Positions 9,449 through 20,421 of a stretch of DNA of 64,000 nt are shown here, piece after piece; the stretch's first letter is position 1; each line of letters opens with the position of its first letter. The notes beneath the pieces are model-generated. The model was not told the DNA's origin. It worked only from the letters and a program-made list of their open reading frames with translations, and did not search any database. A program made the position numbers and the translations under genes. The DNA lies in assembly GCA_032128875.1 (NCBI GenBank), contig JAVLKG010000012.1:137147-201146 (forward strand). The letters run 5' to 3'. Origin of the DNA: Candidatus Melainabacteria bacterium 17Bon1m. GTDB lineage: Bacteria > Cyanobacteriota > Vampirovibrionia > Obscuribacterales > Obscuribacteraceae.

Positions 9449-10741
9449 TTAGACGTTCAATTGTGGGAAAGTGCCCGTCCAGGGACCAGGATTTACTTCC
9501 TCTTCTTGCATGCGATGGTATTGAATGAGCGCTTGCTCGATGGTCAAACGGTCATCGCGGAAGAATTTGTACGCCATTGCGGCGCGTTGGACGGAAGTCA
9601 TTTGCTTGTCCGTGAGAAAACCAGAGCGTTGCAAAATCTCTTTCACGTCCGGGTGAATGCGTTCTGCAGATGGAACTGCGAAATGAAAGTTGGTGCGCAG
9701 CTCTTGCCAGGTTTCGTCTAACTGTTTGTCAATTTCTGGCTGTTCGACCTGTTTGGCATTACGCTCCGCCGATTTTGGCACACAATTAGTCAATTTCAAG
9801 AATGAAGAAAACGACACTGTAGACTTTTCCATCGCAGGCATTTGAGTCAAAGTACCCGTACGATCATCATCATCTTTTTTGGACAAAAGTTTTTTCAGTT
9901 GATTCAGACCCTGATTGAAACTGATTTTGTTGTTGCGGATCATGTGTTGGACTTCAAGTGCCGCATGCACTTCATAGGGCTTGATCAGATTTAGTGAAGT
10001 GAGAGCTTCGCCTAAAAACTTACCTTCGGCGCTCGACATGATCAGTGCGTATTCGACGTCTTTCTCTGTGATGAGTCCAGCCATGCTCAGCAACTGACCG
10101 AGTTGGGTGCGCTGTTCCATTAATGATTGGCTTACATTCGAGATAACTGCATTGTTTCGTCGAGCTGAGTAGAGCTGATTGATTGCTTCTTCGCGCGACA
10201 TAGTTCCAGCGCGAACGTGTGCCTGAAGTTTTAGCGCGACGTCGATGACGTCCATTGGCACATCGGCGAGATTTGAAACAACCCTTCCCAGCGGCAGTCC
10301 CGTGGCTTTTGCACAGGCAAGACGCGATTTCAGGAGGTCTCGATTGAGTGTTTCGCTCTCAATGAGCAGTTCTCCAAGACGGCAGCGTTTTTTCGACCCC
10401 ACCTCGATTCCCAAAAGATCAAGAGCCAGATTGAATTGAATGCGTTTTCTGATGACGACGGACATAGCTTCGCGCGCGTGTTGCGGCAGTATGACTGAAT
10501 CTCGAAGCAGCGCTTGCGCCGTGACTGCGTTGTGAAGCAGCTCCAAGTCTACGGCGTCGTGCATTCTCAGAGCCAAGCCTAAAGGCAAGGACAGCTTACG
10601 CGCGTCCGTTAGCGCTGCGTTTCTGTCATTTTCAGAAACGAGCTGCCACTGGACCAACAGTTCTCCAATAGGAGGTGTTGATTTGTCCATGAATTTAGGT
10701 CTGGGTTCTTGCTGCAAGGGATGGGACTTCCGGGACTCCAA
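9449..10741 (-). CDS. MshEN-like repeat protein, paralog B
   Basis: IGELLVQWQL, RLGELLIESE, PLGRVV, QLGQLLSMAGLI, FLGEALTSLNLI; C-terminal PGPWTGTFP shared with paralog A. Start may be 10690. Confidence 0.7.
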   Translation of the reverse strand: MESRKSHPLQQEPRPKFMDKSTPPIGELLVQWQLVSENDRNAALTDARKLSLPLGLALRMHDAVDLELLHNAVTAQALLRDSVILPQHAREAMSVVIRKRIQFNLALDLLGIEVGSKKRCRLGELLIESETLNRDLLKSRLACAKATGLPLGRVVSNLADVPMDVIDVALKLQAHVRAGTMSREEAINQLYSARRNNAVISNVSQSLMEQRTQLGQLLSMAGLITEKDVEYALIMSSAEGKFLGEALTSLNLIKPYEVHAALEVQHMIRNNKISFNQGLNQLKKLLSKKDDDDRTGTLTQMPAMEKSTVSFSSFLKLTNCVPKSAERNAKQVEQPEIDKQLDETWQELRTNFHFAVPSAERIHPDVKEILQRSGFLTDKQMTSVQRAAMAYKFFRDDRLTIEQALIQYHRMQEEEVNPGPWTGTFPQLNV

Positions 10742-10887
10742 TATTTCTATTATGCCCGAATTGGACGCCCAAAAGACGCTCGGCGCTGCAAATTGCAGTG
10801 TGGCACGGCTTTGCAGGCGCGCGACCGAAGTAAAACCACGCCAAGCGGCGGATTATCCTGTTTTTTACCGATTCTTATGGACCGGAG

Positions 10888-12762
10888 CTACTTGATACTG
10901 TCCTTAAGAGCCTTTTGCTGCGTGAGGAATTCCTCTGGCAGGCTGTCTTTCAGCGTGTCGAACAACTCTTTATGGCTTTCTAGCTCTTGCTGCCAGAGAT
11001 TGGCATCAACCTTGACCAGCTTGTTGAAGTCTTCATGGCTGACTGATTCCAAACCGTTGAAGTCCAGATCTCCTTTCGTCGGGATCCAGCCGAGAGACTC
11101 CTTGCGCGCTCCGACCTTACCTTCGATGCGCTCGAACATCCACTTGATCACGCGCATATTTTCGCCAAAACCAGGCCAGAGGAATTCGCCTTTGGAGCCT
11201 TTGAGGAACCAATTGACGTTGAAGATCTTCGGTTGGGTTTTGACCTTTTCGCCCATCTTGAGCCAGTGTCTGAAGTAATCACCCATGTTGTAACCGCAGA
11301 AAGGCAGCATCGCCATTGGGTCGCGGCGCACTGCGCCGATTTTTCCTTCGGCTGCTGCGGTCTGCTCAGAGCCCATGGTTGCTGCCATGTAGACACCATG
11401 CAACCAGGAGAATGCTTCGGTGACCAGAGGAATAGTGGTGCAGCGACGCCCGCCGAAAATGAATGCGGAGATTGGCACGCCTTGCGGGTTGTCCCAGTTC
11501 TCATCCAGTGATGGGCATTGGCTGGTGGGCACAGTGAAACGAGCATTCGGGTGAGCCGCTGGACGACCGCAGTCTTTAGTCCATGGCTTTCCTTGCCAAT
11601 CAAGCAATTCTTCCGGTGTTTCGTCAGTCATGCCCTCCCACCATACATCGCCGTCTTTAGTGAGTGCGACGTTGGTGAAGACGCAGTTTTCCTTCATCGT
11701 GATCATGGCATTCGGATTTGTTTTGTCCGAGGTGCCTGGAGCGACGCCGAAATATCCAGCTTCAGGGTTGATTGCGTAGAAGCGTCCATCTTTGCCGGGC
11801 TTGATCCAGGCGATATCGTCGCCGATGGTTGTGACCTTCCAACCCTTCACGCCTGCGGGAGGAATGAGCATTGCAAGATTGGTTTTGCCGCAAGCGCTGG
11901 GGAATGCTGCTGCGAAATACTTCTTCTGACCTTCTGGTGATTGAACGCCCATAATGAGCATGTGCTCTGCCAGCCAGCCATCTTCTTTGCCCATGGTCGA
12001 AGCGATACGCAAAGCGAAGCACTTCTTGCCGAGCAGCGCATTGCCGCCGTATCCTGAGCCGTAAGACCAGATTTCGCGTGTCTCCGGAAAATGAACAATG
12101 TATTTGGTGTCGCGGTTGCAAGGCCAGCTCACGTCTGGTTGACCAGCTGCCAGCGGCATGCCGACGGAGTGCAAGCACTGAACGAAATTGCCGTTGGCAC
12201 CGAGCATGTCGATTGCAGCCTTGCCCATGCGCGTCATTGTGCGCATGCTCACAACTACATAGGGCGAGTCTGTGATTTCAACACCGATTTGCGAAAGAGG
12301 CGAACCGATTGGTCCCATAGAAAACGGCACTACATACATTGTGCGCCCGCGCATGCAACCGGTGAAGAGTGGGGTGAGCTTTGCTTTTGCGTCAGCCGGC
12401 GCCATCCAGTTATTGTTGGGTCCGGCGTTTTCTTGAGAATCGCTGCATACAAAAGTCCGATCCTCGACTCTTGCGACATCTGACGGATCGGACCATGCGA
12501 GATAGCTGTTAGGACGTTTGTCCGGATTGAGGCGAAGCAATTTGCCTTCGGCGACCATCTGGGTGCACAGGCGGTCTGTTTCTTCTTTCGAACCGTCGCA
12601 CCAAACAATGCGCTCCGGTTGGCACATAGCGGCCATCTTTTCTACCCAGGCGAGCAGGGCTCGGTTCTCAACCTTGTAGCCACTGACTATCGATATTTTT
12701 GACAGGTTTGCGGTTGTGGGCATCTGAACCTCGAAGCTCCTTTTGATGTCTTTTTCAAGCAC
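10888..12762 (-). CDS. pckG: Phosphoenolpyruvate carboxykinase (GTP)
   Basis: [67 protein letters not shown]. Confidence 0.97.
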   Translation of the reverse strand: MLEKDIKRSFEVQMPTTANLSKISIVSGYKVENRALLAWVEKMAAMCQPERIVWCDGSKEETDRLCTQMVAEGKLLRLNPDKRPNSYLAWSDPSDVARVEDRTFVCSDSQENAGPNNNWMAPADAKAKLTPLFTGCMRGRTMYVVPFSMGPIGSPLSQIGVEITDSPYVVVSMRTMTRMGKAAIDMLGANGNFVQCLHSVGMPLAAGQPDVSWPCNRDTKYIVHFPETREIWSYGSGYGGNALLGKKCFALRIASTMGKEDGWLAEHMLIMGVQSPEGQKKYFAAAFPSACGKTNLAMLIPPAGVKGWKVTTIGDDIAWIKPGKDGRFYAINPEAGYFGVAPGTSDKTNPNAMITMKENCVFTNVALTKDGDVWWEGMTDETPEELLDWQGKPWTKDCGRPAAHPNARFTVPTSQCPSLDENWDNPQGVPISAFIFGGRRCTTIPLVTEAFSWLHGVYMAATMGSEQTAAAEGKIGAVRRDPMAMLPFCGYNMGDYFRHWLKMGEKVKTQPKIFNVNWFLKGSKGEFLWPGFGENMRVIKWMFERIEGKVGARKESLGWIPTKGDLDFNGLESVSHEDFNKLVKVDANLWQQELESHKELFDTLKDSLPEEFLTQQKALKDSIK

Positions 12763-13195
12763 TGGTGTATCTCCCTGGTCGCTAATGCGCTTTCAAATGG
12801 CAAGAAACCCGCCGGCTAGATTCCCGTTGAATCCACCCAGGCGTAAATAGTTTTTTGTAAAACTGAACTGTCTGAAAAGTCCGACAGCGGTCTTGAAAGC
12901 ACCGAGTCAATTATCTCATTGAAACCGTAATAAGAACTGTAACTAAGGTACTCTTAGCCTTTGCTCTTGCTAATTGCGTTTCTCTAGCAAGGGTAAGTCC
13001 GTCGGGCGTTTTGCGTGCGCAATTTTGGGTGGGGTGGAAAGGCGATTGCAATGCTCTTCCTTTTGACTGCTGCCCTGTATTAAGGGGGCTCAGGAAGGAC
13101 TGTTGAATTGAACAGTTACTCGCTCGCCGATTTTTCCTATTGTGAGTGCATCGACCAGCGAGTCGGTTCTCTCTTCCCCCACGAGGAACGCTTCT

Positions 13196-13537
13196 ATGTC
13201 TAACCCATTCGAATTCAACCGCGGTGACAACAAGAAGTTCGATGCAAAACATGCAATCGATGATGCAGCGCATCTCGGCGGTCAAATCTGGCATGACATG
13301 AAGAGTGAAGGACCGAAAATCGTTGACTATGTGACTAAGACACCGGCTGTCGCCGACACTGCAGGTGCGCTCTGTTCGCTGGCTATTGTTCTTGCACCAG
13401 AGGCTCCGCCTGCCGCAATCGCCCTTGGGACATTGGGTGTGACAATGTTTGGCGCAAAAGCTGTCTACGATATCGCCGAACCGGCGATTAAGAAAGCCGG
13501 TGAAGCTTACTTGAAATTCCCAACCCTGGGTCAGTAA
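13196..13537 (+). CDS. Small hypothetical protein with hydrophobic Ala/Gly-rich segment
   Basis: GAGGA RBS before ATG 13196; followed by a strong terminator. Confidence 0.65.
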   Translation: MSNPFEFNRGDNKKFDAKHAIDDAAHLGGQIWHDMKSEGPKIVDYVTKTPAVADTAGALCSLAIVLAPEAPPAAIALGTLGVTMFGAKAVYDIAEPAIKKAGEAYLKFPTLGQ

Positions 13538-13577
13538 CACAAAGTTTTAGGGGAGCTAGAAAGCCCAAAGCCGCAAC

Positions 13578-13616
13578 CGAAGCCGCCATGAAAATGGTGG
13601 CTTCGTTGTTTTTTTT
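13578..13616 (+). terminator. Intrinsic terminator
   Basis: CGAAGCCGCCAT-GAAA-ATGGTGGCTTCG stem with a downstream T8 tract. Confidence 0.85.
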
Positions 13617-13750
13617 GCAGAGTTTGCGCACCGTCCATGACACCATTGTGCCTGGCGTAAAATAAATGCTGGAAGCAGCTAAAATAGCGGAATCAGCTTT
13701 TCATCAGGAGCAATGGGGGTTTTATTCAAAAACTGGTTGCAATTGGCGCG

Positions 13751-14593
13751 TTGAGCGCTCTTATATTTTTCTCTTTGCCTGCTCGTGCAACGGAAGCAGC
13801 GAAGCCCAGGACATTTTTGCAGGGACGGATAGAACAAGTTGCAGCCAGCAATGAGTTGTCCAAGATCGTGCTGTATAAACAGAGTCCCAAGCTAGATAAG
13901 CGTTCGACTTTCAACGCCGGCACTCAAGTTTCGAGCTACCCTTCTTATCTTGTCGGTCGTTGGGCTGGGGATCTCAAAAATGTCTGGACGGTTAATGCTC
14001 CGAATATCACAAATCAGTTGCCGCAGTATAGGGTTGGCAATGTCGGCACGGTTGTGATGCACTTCGACAAAGTCGGCAGCCAGGTAAAACTCTTACCGAC
14101 GGTCATTTTTTTTCCGGTTGAAGAAGTTCCAGTATCCCAATCGGCAATCAACACAACCGAAATACAAGCTGATTCGATCGAAGCCTTCAAAAAACGAACA
14201 CTCGCAAGTGGCATATTGCGCGGGGTTCCCACACTGCCGTTAGCGAAATTCAGCGGCGAAGGTCTAACCGGTCGCAAATTCGAATCTCGCATACTGCATA
14301 ATTCAATCCAAGTGCTAAAGCCAGGTGTTGTAGAGCAAGACGTTGTGATTGGTGAGTGGAAGGACGGATCTTTCTTTAACTACCGTGAATTCGTCTCGCG
14401 TTTTACCTGGTACGGTCCCGACAAAATTTATGCTCAGGTGCTAATCGCCAACTTCGGAGACACCCGTCAGGCCATTTCCAAGACGCTTCTCGAGGGATGG
14501 ATGAGTAGTAATTGGAGACCTGTAGCAGACAAGATTGCCAGTCGTCTGCAGACGACCTGGGATGAGGTCGTCAGACGTGATGGCATTGAATAA
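13751..14593 (+). CDS. Hypothetical exported protein
   Basis: 280-aa ORF with a signal-like N-terminus (LIFFSLPARA). No family recognised; start uncertain. Confidence 0.6.
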   Translation: MSALIFFSLPARATEAAKPRTFLQGRIEQVAASNELSKIVLYKQSPKLDKRSTFNAGTQVSSYPSYLVGRWAGDLKNVWTVNAPNITNQLPQYRVGNVGTVVMHFDKVGSQVKLLPTVIFFPVEEVPVSQSAINTTEIQADSIEAFKKRTLASGILRGVPTLPLAKFSGEGLTGRKFESRILHNSIQVLKPGVVEQDVVIGEWKDGSFFNYREFVSRFTWYGPDKIYAQVLIANFGDTRQAISKTLLEGWMSSNWRPVADKIASRLQTTWDEVVRRDGIE

Positions 14594-14799
14594 TTTACAT
14601 CTGTGCCGCGGGAACTTTTGAAAGTCACGAGGGTCGTGCAAATTCGATCAGAAACGCTTTACCGCGGTATGGTTAGGCGAAATAGATTTCTTGTATGTCA
14701 AAGGTCTGGTTTTGGCCTAGTATTTGAACCTAGAACAATTGCAAAGTAAGATCCTTTCAGTAGTCGGTAGAATAAGTAAGTAATGGAAACCCTTAGTGC

Positions 14800-17700
14800 A
14801 TGAAGCTCACAACTCGAATCACCCTTGTTTTTCTCTTGGCGGTGCTGGCGATTGTTGTCAGTGCGTGGGTTTCGCACGGAAATACCGAGAAGGTTAATGA
14901 AACACGGTATTGGGTTGAGCATACGCAAATTGTAATTGGTCGTCTTGACCGCCTTTACATGTTGATTAAGGAGGCGGAAACCGCAGTGCGCGGTGTCCTC
15001 GTCACTCGCAAAGAGAGAATGTCGACCTTTTACGACAAGGCGAAATCGGAAATTCAAGCGACATATGAAGAACTGAAGATTCTTACCTCTGACAACCCGA
15101 AGCAAGTCGAACGCTTGGGTCGTTTCAAGTCTTTGCTTGATTCCCGCACGGCTGAATGGAGTGATTTCATTCGCCATTCTGGCACCGTAGGAAGTCCTTC
15201 GTGGCAGTCGACGCTGGAAAAGTCTTTTGAGAGCCAATATGCCGGCAAGATAAAAGATGTGATTGGCGAAATGAAGGACGACGAGCAGGCTCTTCTCAAA
15301 GTGCGTACTCAAGATGCGCTGCGCAGTGTTGAGTCGAGCCAACAAATCACTTTCCTTCTGACAGCAATTTTGGTTGGCGTATTGGGCGGGATATCCGCGA
15401 TGGTAGTCATGTCAATGAACAAGGCTATTAGCGCTCTTCTCGAAGGCACGAAGCGGATTGGTGATGGGTATTACGACCATCGTATCGACCTTAAAAGCAA
15501 TGATGAATTCGGTACTCTGGCGGCGTCTTTCGATGCGATGGCTGCTCGAGTCGAGCAGTTCAATTTGGAGCAATCAGACAAGAATTGGATCAAGAAAAAC
15601 ATCAATAATCTGGGCTTGATTCTGCAAGGACAGCGCGATTTCGAAAAAGCTGGAACACTCATTCTTAACAACCTGGCACCAGTGGTGGAGGCAAAGCAAG
15701 CTGCGCTTTATTGCGTAGACACTGAGAGAAAAGACGATACGCTCTTCCTTATTGCCAGTTTTGCATGCGGCAAGGACAGTGGCATTCCGCTCACCATACA
15801 GTTTGGAGATGGCTCGATTGGTCAGGCCGCCGTGGCCAAACAACCGGTTCATTTGGATGGAATCGGGACTGACTCTTTTAGAATTAAGTCCGCGCTACTT
15901 AACACTACAGCCGCCGATGTCTACATTCTTCCATTGCTTTTCGAAGGGGTCGTACACGGCGTTATAGAACTTGCGTCGGAGAAGAAATTCCCAGAGCGGG
16001 CCGTTCTCTTGATGGACGAGTTGAGCGGTTTGCTTGGCGTGGTTTTCAATTCGATTTCAGCGAATCTTGTCACCGAGCGCCTGCTCGATGAATCTCGCCA
16101 GCTTAATGAAGAACTCCGTTTGCAACAGGAAGAGTTAGAAGCGCAAGCTGAAGAACTAGAGACACAACAGGAAGAATTGCGTCATGTAAATGAAGAGATG
16201 CAGCAAAAGCAAGACGCGCTGGAAGAGCAAAATGCACTCGTCTTCGAGAAAAATATCGAACTTGAAGGCATGCGCCAGAGCCTTGAAGACAAGGCACAGC
16301 AATTGGCGGTATCTTCTAAATACAAGTCGGAATTCTTGGCTAACATGTCACACGACTTGCGCACGCCCCTCAATTCACTGCTGATATTTTCCGAACTGCT
16401 TTCCGACAATGAAGAAGGCAATTTGAATGAATCGCAGGTCGATTTTGCCAAGAACATCAACATGGCTGGGAAAACTCTTCTCACCTTGATTGACGACATT
16501 CTAGACCTCTCCAAGATTGAGGCGGGGCGTGTTAATCCCGATATCAAAAACGTCGAGCTTGCAGATGTTTTATTGGATGTCGAAAGAAGCTTCCGAAAAG
16601 TTGCTGAAGGCAAGAAGATACATTTTGATTTGAAACTCGCTCCTGATACGCCGAAGCTCATGCGTACCGATGAGCGCCGGTTGCTGCAATTGTTGAACAA
16701 TCTGCTCAGTAATGCGTTTAAGTTCACCGAAAGAGGCAGTGTTTCGCTCGCAATTGATAGAAGTAAGTCAACTGAAGGCAATGGTCACGAAGGCGATTTT
16801 GTCACCTTCTCTGTCACGGACACCGGCATCGGCATTGCCCCCGAGCAGCAAGCCCTCGTGTTTGAAGCCTTTCACCAGGCCGACTCATCATCAACCAGAA
16901 AGTTTGGTGGAACCGGGCTTGGGCTGTCGATTTGTCGTGAATTGTCGGCGCTTTTGGGTGGCTGGGTCGAGGTGAAGAGCGAGCTAAATAAAGGCAGTAC
17001 ATTCACGTTGCATTTGCCTGTCGCCTATAAAGGAAAAATCGAGCCGCGTCGCCGAAGTTTGACTGCCCCTGTCGTGCCAGAGCGAACTGAATCCGCTGTC
17101 GAAGACAGAGAGAATGAAGCCTTTCTCTATGCAGATGTTCCTGATGATCGAATGAATATCAATGAAGGCGATAGAGTCATGCTTATCATTGAAGATGATA
17201 AGCCATTTGCTACGATGCTCCTGGATTTGGCACGGAAAAACAAATTCAAAGGCGTTGTTTCAATGCGCGGTAAAGACGGATTGATTCTTGCACGTCGATT
17301 GCTGCCTGACGCCATTACTCTCGATTTGAAACTGCCGGATATGGAAGGCTGGGTAGTGCTAGACCAGCTGAAAAACAACAGCGAGACTCGTCATATTCCG
17401 GTCCATATTATTTCGGCATCCAATGAGCAGCATCGCGGGCTGAGCCTCGGCGCCATCGGTTATTTGGAAAAGCCGGTGACACTGTCGACGTTAAACGATG
17501 CGATTGAAAAGATTCGGCATTATTTTGATAAGCAGACTGGTGCCGTCTTGATTGCGGAATCTGATCATGCTTTGCGCAAGAGTCTGGTTGAGCTTTTAGA
17601 AAACGGCGATTTCAATATTGAGTCTGTGGAACATGGTGAGGCTGCGATTAAATCGTGGGGTACTAAACCTTACGATTGTTCGATTATCAACATGAATTTG

Positions 17701-18339
17701 AGTGATATGGACGGTTTGACACTGGCCAAAAAATTCCTGGCCAGCAATTACACCCATCCTTTGCTAGTTTTCAGCAATCATGGATTGTCTGAAGGGGAGA
17801 AAGCCGAGTTAGAGGCGCTTGGGCGCATCAACATTGTAAAAGACATTGATTCACCCGAACGATTGCTTAGCGAAGTCGGGCTATTTTTGCATCGTGTCGA
17901 AACAAAATTGCCTATGGTCAAGCAGCAATTGGTTACGAAGGTGCGTCAGGATGACAATGCTCTGGTCGGTCGAAAGCTGCTTATCGTCGACGATGATCCA
18001 AGAAATGTCGACGCTCTAAGTTCGCTATTGAAGAAGTATCAGATGAATCTGGTTACTGCAGAAAATGGCAGAGACGCGCTTGAAAAACTCGATAAGCATA
18101 AGGACGTTGACGTCGTTCTGATGGACATTATGATGCCGGAAATGGACGGCTATGAAGCGATGCGTGCAATTAGGGCGCAGCGAGAATTCTCGTCGCTTCC
18201 GATCATTGCAGTTACCGCAAAAGCAATGCAAGGAGACCGTGTAAAGTGTCTCGAGAGCGGTGCTTCTGATTACATAACAAAGCCGGTAGACCGCTCCCAA
18301 CTTCTGTCACTCCTGAGAGTCTGGCTCTACAAAGCCTGA
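14800..18339 (+). CDS. Hybrid sensor histidine kinase (CHASE3-HAMP-GAF-coiled coil-HisKA-HATPase-3xREC)
   Basis: WVEHT...ETAVRG (CHASE3), DEFGTLA (HAMP), FLANMSHDLRTPLN, NLLSNAFKFT, DTGIGI, GGTGLGL; three receiver domains ending in MDIMMPEMDG. Confidence 0.95.
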   Translation: MKLTTRITLVFLLAVLAIVVSAWVSHGNTEKVNETRYWVEHTQIVIGRLDRLYMLIKEAETAVRGVLVTRKERMSTFYDKAKSEIQATYEELKILTSDNPKQVERLGRFKSLLDSRTAEWSDFIRHSGTVGSPSWQSTLEKSFESQYAGKIKDVIGEMKDDEQALLKVRTQDALRSVESSQQITFLLTAILVGVLGGISAMVVMSMNKAISALLEGTKRIGDGYYDHRIDLKSNDEFGTLAASFDAMAARVEQFNLEQSDKNWIKKNINNLGLILQGQRDFEKAGTLILNNLAPVVEAKQAALYCVDTERKDDTLFLIASFACGKDSGIPLTIQFGDGSIGQAAVAKQPVHLDGIGTDSFRIKSALLNTTAADVYILPLLFEGVVHGVIELASEKKFPERAVLLMDELSGLLGVVFNSISANLVTERLLDESRQLNEELRLQQEELEAQAEELETQQEELRHVNEEMQQKQDALEEQNALVFEKNIELEGMRQSLEDKAQQLAVSSKYKSEFLANMSHDLRTPLNSLLIFSELLSDNEEGNLNESQVDFAKNINMAGKTLLTLIDDILDLSKIEAGRVNPDIKNVELADVLLDVERSFRKVAEGKKIHFDLKLAPDTPKLMRTDERRLLQLLNNLLSNAFKFTERGSVSLAIDRSKSTEGNGHEGDFVTFSVTDTGIGIAPEQQALVFEAFHQADSSSTRKFGGTGLGLSICRELSALLGGWVEVKSELNKGSTFTLHLPVAYKGKIEPRRRSLTAPVVPERTESAVEDRENEAFLYADVPDDRMNINEGDRVMLIIEDDKPFATMLLDLARKNKFKGVVSMRGKDGLILARRLLPDAITLDLKLPDMEGWVVLDQLKNNSETRHIPVHIISASNEQHRGLSLGAIGYLEKPVTLSTLNDAIEKIRHYFDKQTGAVLIAESDHALRKSLVELLENGDFNIESVEHGEAAIKSWGTKPYDCSIINMNLSDMDGLTLAKKFLASNYTHPLLVFSNHGLSEGEKAELEALGRINIVKDIDSPERLLSEVGLFLHRVETKLPMVKQQLVTKVRQDDNALVGRKLLIVDDDPRNVDALSSLLKKYQMNLVTAENGRDALEKLDKHKDVDVVLMDIMMPEMDGYEAMRAIRAQREFSSLPIIAVTAKAMQGDRVKCLESGASDYITKPVDRSQLLSLLRVWLYKA

Positions 18340-18341
18340 TT

Positions 18342-19178
18342 ATGGATGACACATTAGAGCTTACTCCAGTCGACCAAAGGCTAGTTGATGATTTACTGCA
18401 AGAGCTGTACCGGCAGTGCGGTGTGGATTATCGCAATTACAGCCGGACATTTTTGTCGCGCCGCATTTCCGCCTTTGTCAAAAAACAGAATTTCAATTCT
18501 GTAGAAGAAATGGTTGAACGCGTCTTGGAGCATGACGAAGATTTGGAGCAATTCATCGGCTCGCTCTCTTTGCCTACCACGCGCATGTTTCGTGATCCTC
18601 AGGTGTTTCGTTATTTGCGAGAATCTGTAATTCCGATGCTATCTGGCACGCATTTGACAAAGATTTGGAGTGCGGGTTGCTCGACAGGAGAGGAAGCGTA
18701 TTCACTTGCAATTATTTTGCATGAGGAATTGCTGGGGCGAAAGATTCTAACGTTTGCTACTGATCTCAATGAGAAATCACTCTACAAAGCGAAGAAAGGG
18801 ATTTATCAGGTACGCCGAATGCGTACGTACACATTGGGTTATATGGCATCTGGCGGCACGCGTGATTTTTCCAATTACTACACGGCAGACGATGAAAACG
18901 CCATTTTCAATGAAGACATAAGGAAGAACATCGTATTTGCTCAACATAATCTTGTCACCGACTCGACTTTCAATGAATTCGATTTGATACTCTGCCGTAA
19001 TGTTCTGATTTACTTCAATCGAGAGTTGCAGGAGCGCGTCGTAGAGCTCTTGTCGAAAAGCTTACGCCCCGGGGGAGTTTTGATACTGGGAGACAAGGAG
19101 TCTCTTAGATCTATGTCGTCACAAAATGATTTTGTCGAATTAGATCGTATGTTTCGCGTCTTCAAAAAACGTGAGTAA
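18342..19178 (+). CDS. cheR: CheR-family protein-glutamate O-methyltransferase
   Basis: MFRDP, IWSAGCSTGEEAYS, FAQHNL, FDLILCRNVLIYF; 2 nt downstream of the kinase stop. Confidence 0.92.
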   Translation: MDDTLELTPVDQRLVDDLLQELYRQCGVDYRNYSRTFLSRRISAFVKKQNFNSVEEMVERVLEHDEDLEQFIGSLSLPTTRMFRDPQVFRYLRESVIPMLSGTHLTKIWSAGCSTGEEAYSLAIILHEELLGRKILTFATDLNEKSLYKAKKGIYQVRRMRTYTLGYMASGGTRDFSNYYTADDENAIFNEDIRKNIVFAQHNLVTDSTFNEFDLILCRNVLIYFNRELQERVVELLSKSLRPGGVLILGDKESLRSMSSQNDFVELDRMFRVFKKRE

Positions 19179-19179
19179 C

Positions 19180-20280
19180 CTAACGTTGAGCGGCTATTTC
19201 TCTGGGAAGTTCGACCAAGAAAGATGTGCCTGTCTCAGATGGGCATGCACAACTGATTGTGCCTTTGTGCATCGTTACTATTTGCTGGCACAGGTATAGA
19301 CCCAATCCTGTACCTGGTGTGTGTCGTCGGCTCGCGCGCCCTCTCCAGAAACGCTCGAAAAGATGTTTTCTATCCTCTTCAGGAATTCCAGGACCAGTAT
19401 CACTTACCTTAAGTGTCACGCTGTCTGCAGAACTCGATAATGACACTTTCACTTCGCCACCAGTGGGAGTGTATTTGAGCGCATTGTCCAATAGATTTCG
19501 AAGAACTCTAGTGAGTGAGTCTGCATCCGCAAGTACAACCGCGTCAGGATTCTCAGGCATTTCTTTGAGCACTTGAATATTGCGATCGGTTGCAATAGGA
19601 GCAATTTCCTTCATGCAGTTGTTGATGATCTGCATCAAATTCGTGTGCTCGAAGTACAACGTCGCAAGATCTTTCTCGAATCGATAGACTTCGAGCAAAT
19701 TTCCAATGAGAGTCAAAAGCGTCCAGTTGCTGTTTTTTATGTGGAAAAGCAGGTTTATTTGTTCGTCGTTGAGTTTGCCGATTTTTTCTTCAGCCATCAG
19801 CTCGATGACACGATTAGCTCCGATCAGCGGATTTTTCAGATCGTGTGTAAGAGTAGCCAAAAAATCTTCCCGCTCGTAAATCAACCTCGCTCTTTCTATA
19901 GCGTGCGTGATGGCCCTCGATAAGAGACGCCCATCAATCTCGCCCTTAATCAGGTAATCTTGCGCACCGGCCTTCATAGCTTGAACGCCAAGATCTTCTT
20001 CGTCTTGTCCGGTCAATATGATTACAGGGCACGCGTAGCCTCTGCGCCGCACGGCGTGCAATGTTTCGATTCCTTGGATGTCCGGCAAGGTCAGGTCTAG
20101 CAAAATGACATCAAACTGCCTCAGACTCATTATCAAATCAGCATCTTCGAAAGTGGCAGCATGCGCACAATCGAAAGTAAAAATTGACTTGCGCCTCAAC
20201 AGCGCTTGCAGCGCTGATGCGAAAGTCGGGTCGTCCTCTATCAAAAGAATTTCCAGGTGTTTCTTGCTCATAGGAACCAT
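19180..20280 (-). CDS. Hybrid response regulator/histidine kinase (REC-HisKA-HATPase)
   Basis: LLIEDD, LLDLTLPD, GAQDYLIK, THDLKNPL, NLLDNALKYT, DTGPGI, GTGLGL. Confidence 0.93.
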   Translation of the reverse strand: MVPMSKKHLEILLIEDDPTFASALQALLRRKSIFTFDCAHAATFEDADLIMSLRQFDVILLDLTLPDIQGIETLHAVRRRGYACPVIILTGQDEEDLGVQAMKAGAQDYLIKGEIDGRLLSRAITHAIERARLIYEREDFLATLTHDLKNPLIGANRVIELMAEEKIGKLNDEQINLLFHIKNSNWTLLTLIGNLLEVYRFEKDLATLYFEHTNLMQIINNCMKEIAPIATDRNIQVLKEMPENPDAVVLADADSLTRVLRNLLDNALKYTPTGGEVKVSLSSSADSVTLKVSDTGPGIPEEDRKHLFERFWRGRASRRHTPGTGLGLYLCQQIVTMHKGTISCACPSETGTSFLVELPREIAAQR

Positions 20281-20421
20281 TTCGAAAGAATAAGGAATTT
20301 ACCTATCCTATCTCAAGTCCGCTCTAACTAGAAGCACCCAAAAGTGTTAAAAATTACACCGAAGTGATTATTCCAAAATGTTCGTTTTTTACCGCGGTAT
20401 GGGGCGCTTGGGGTTTTTTAG

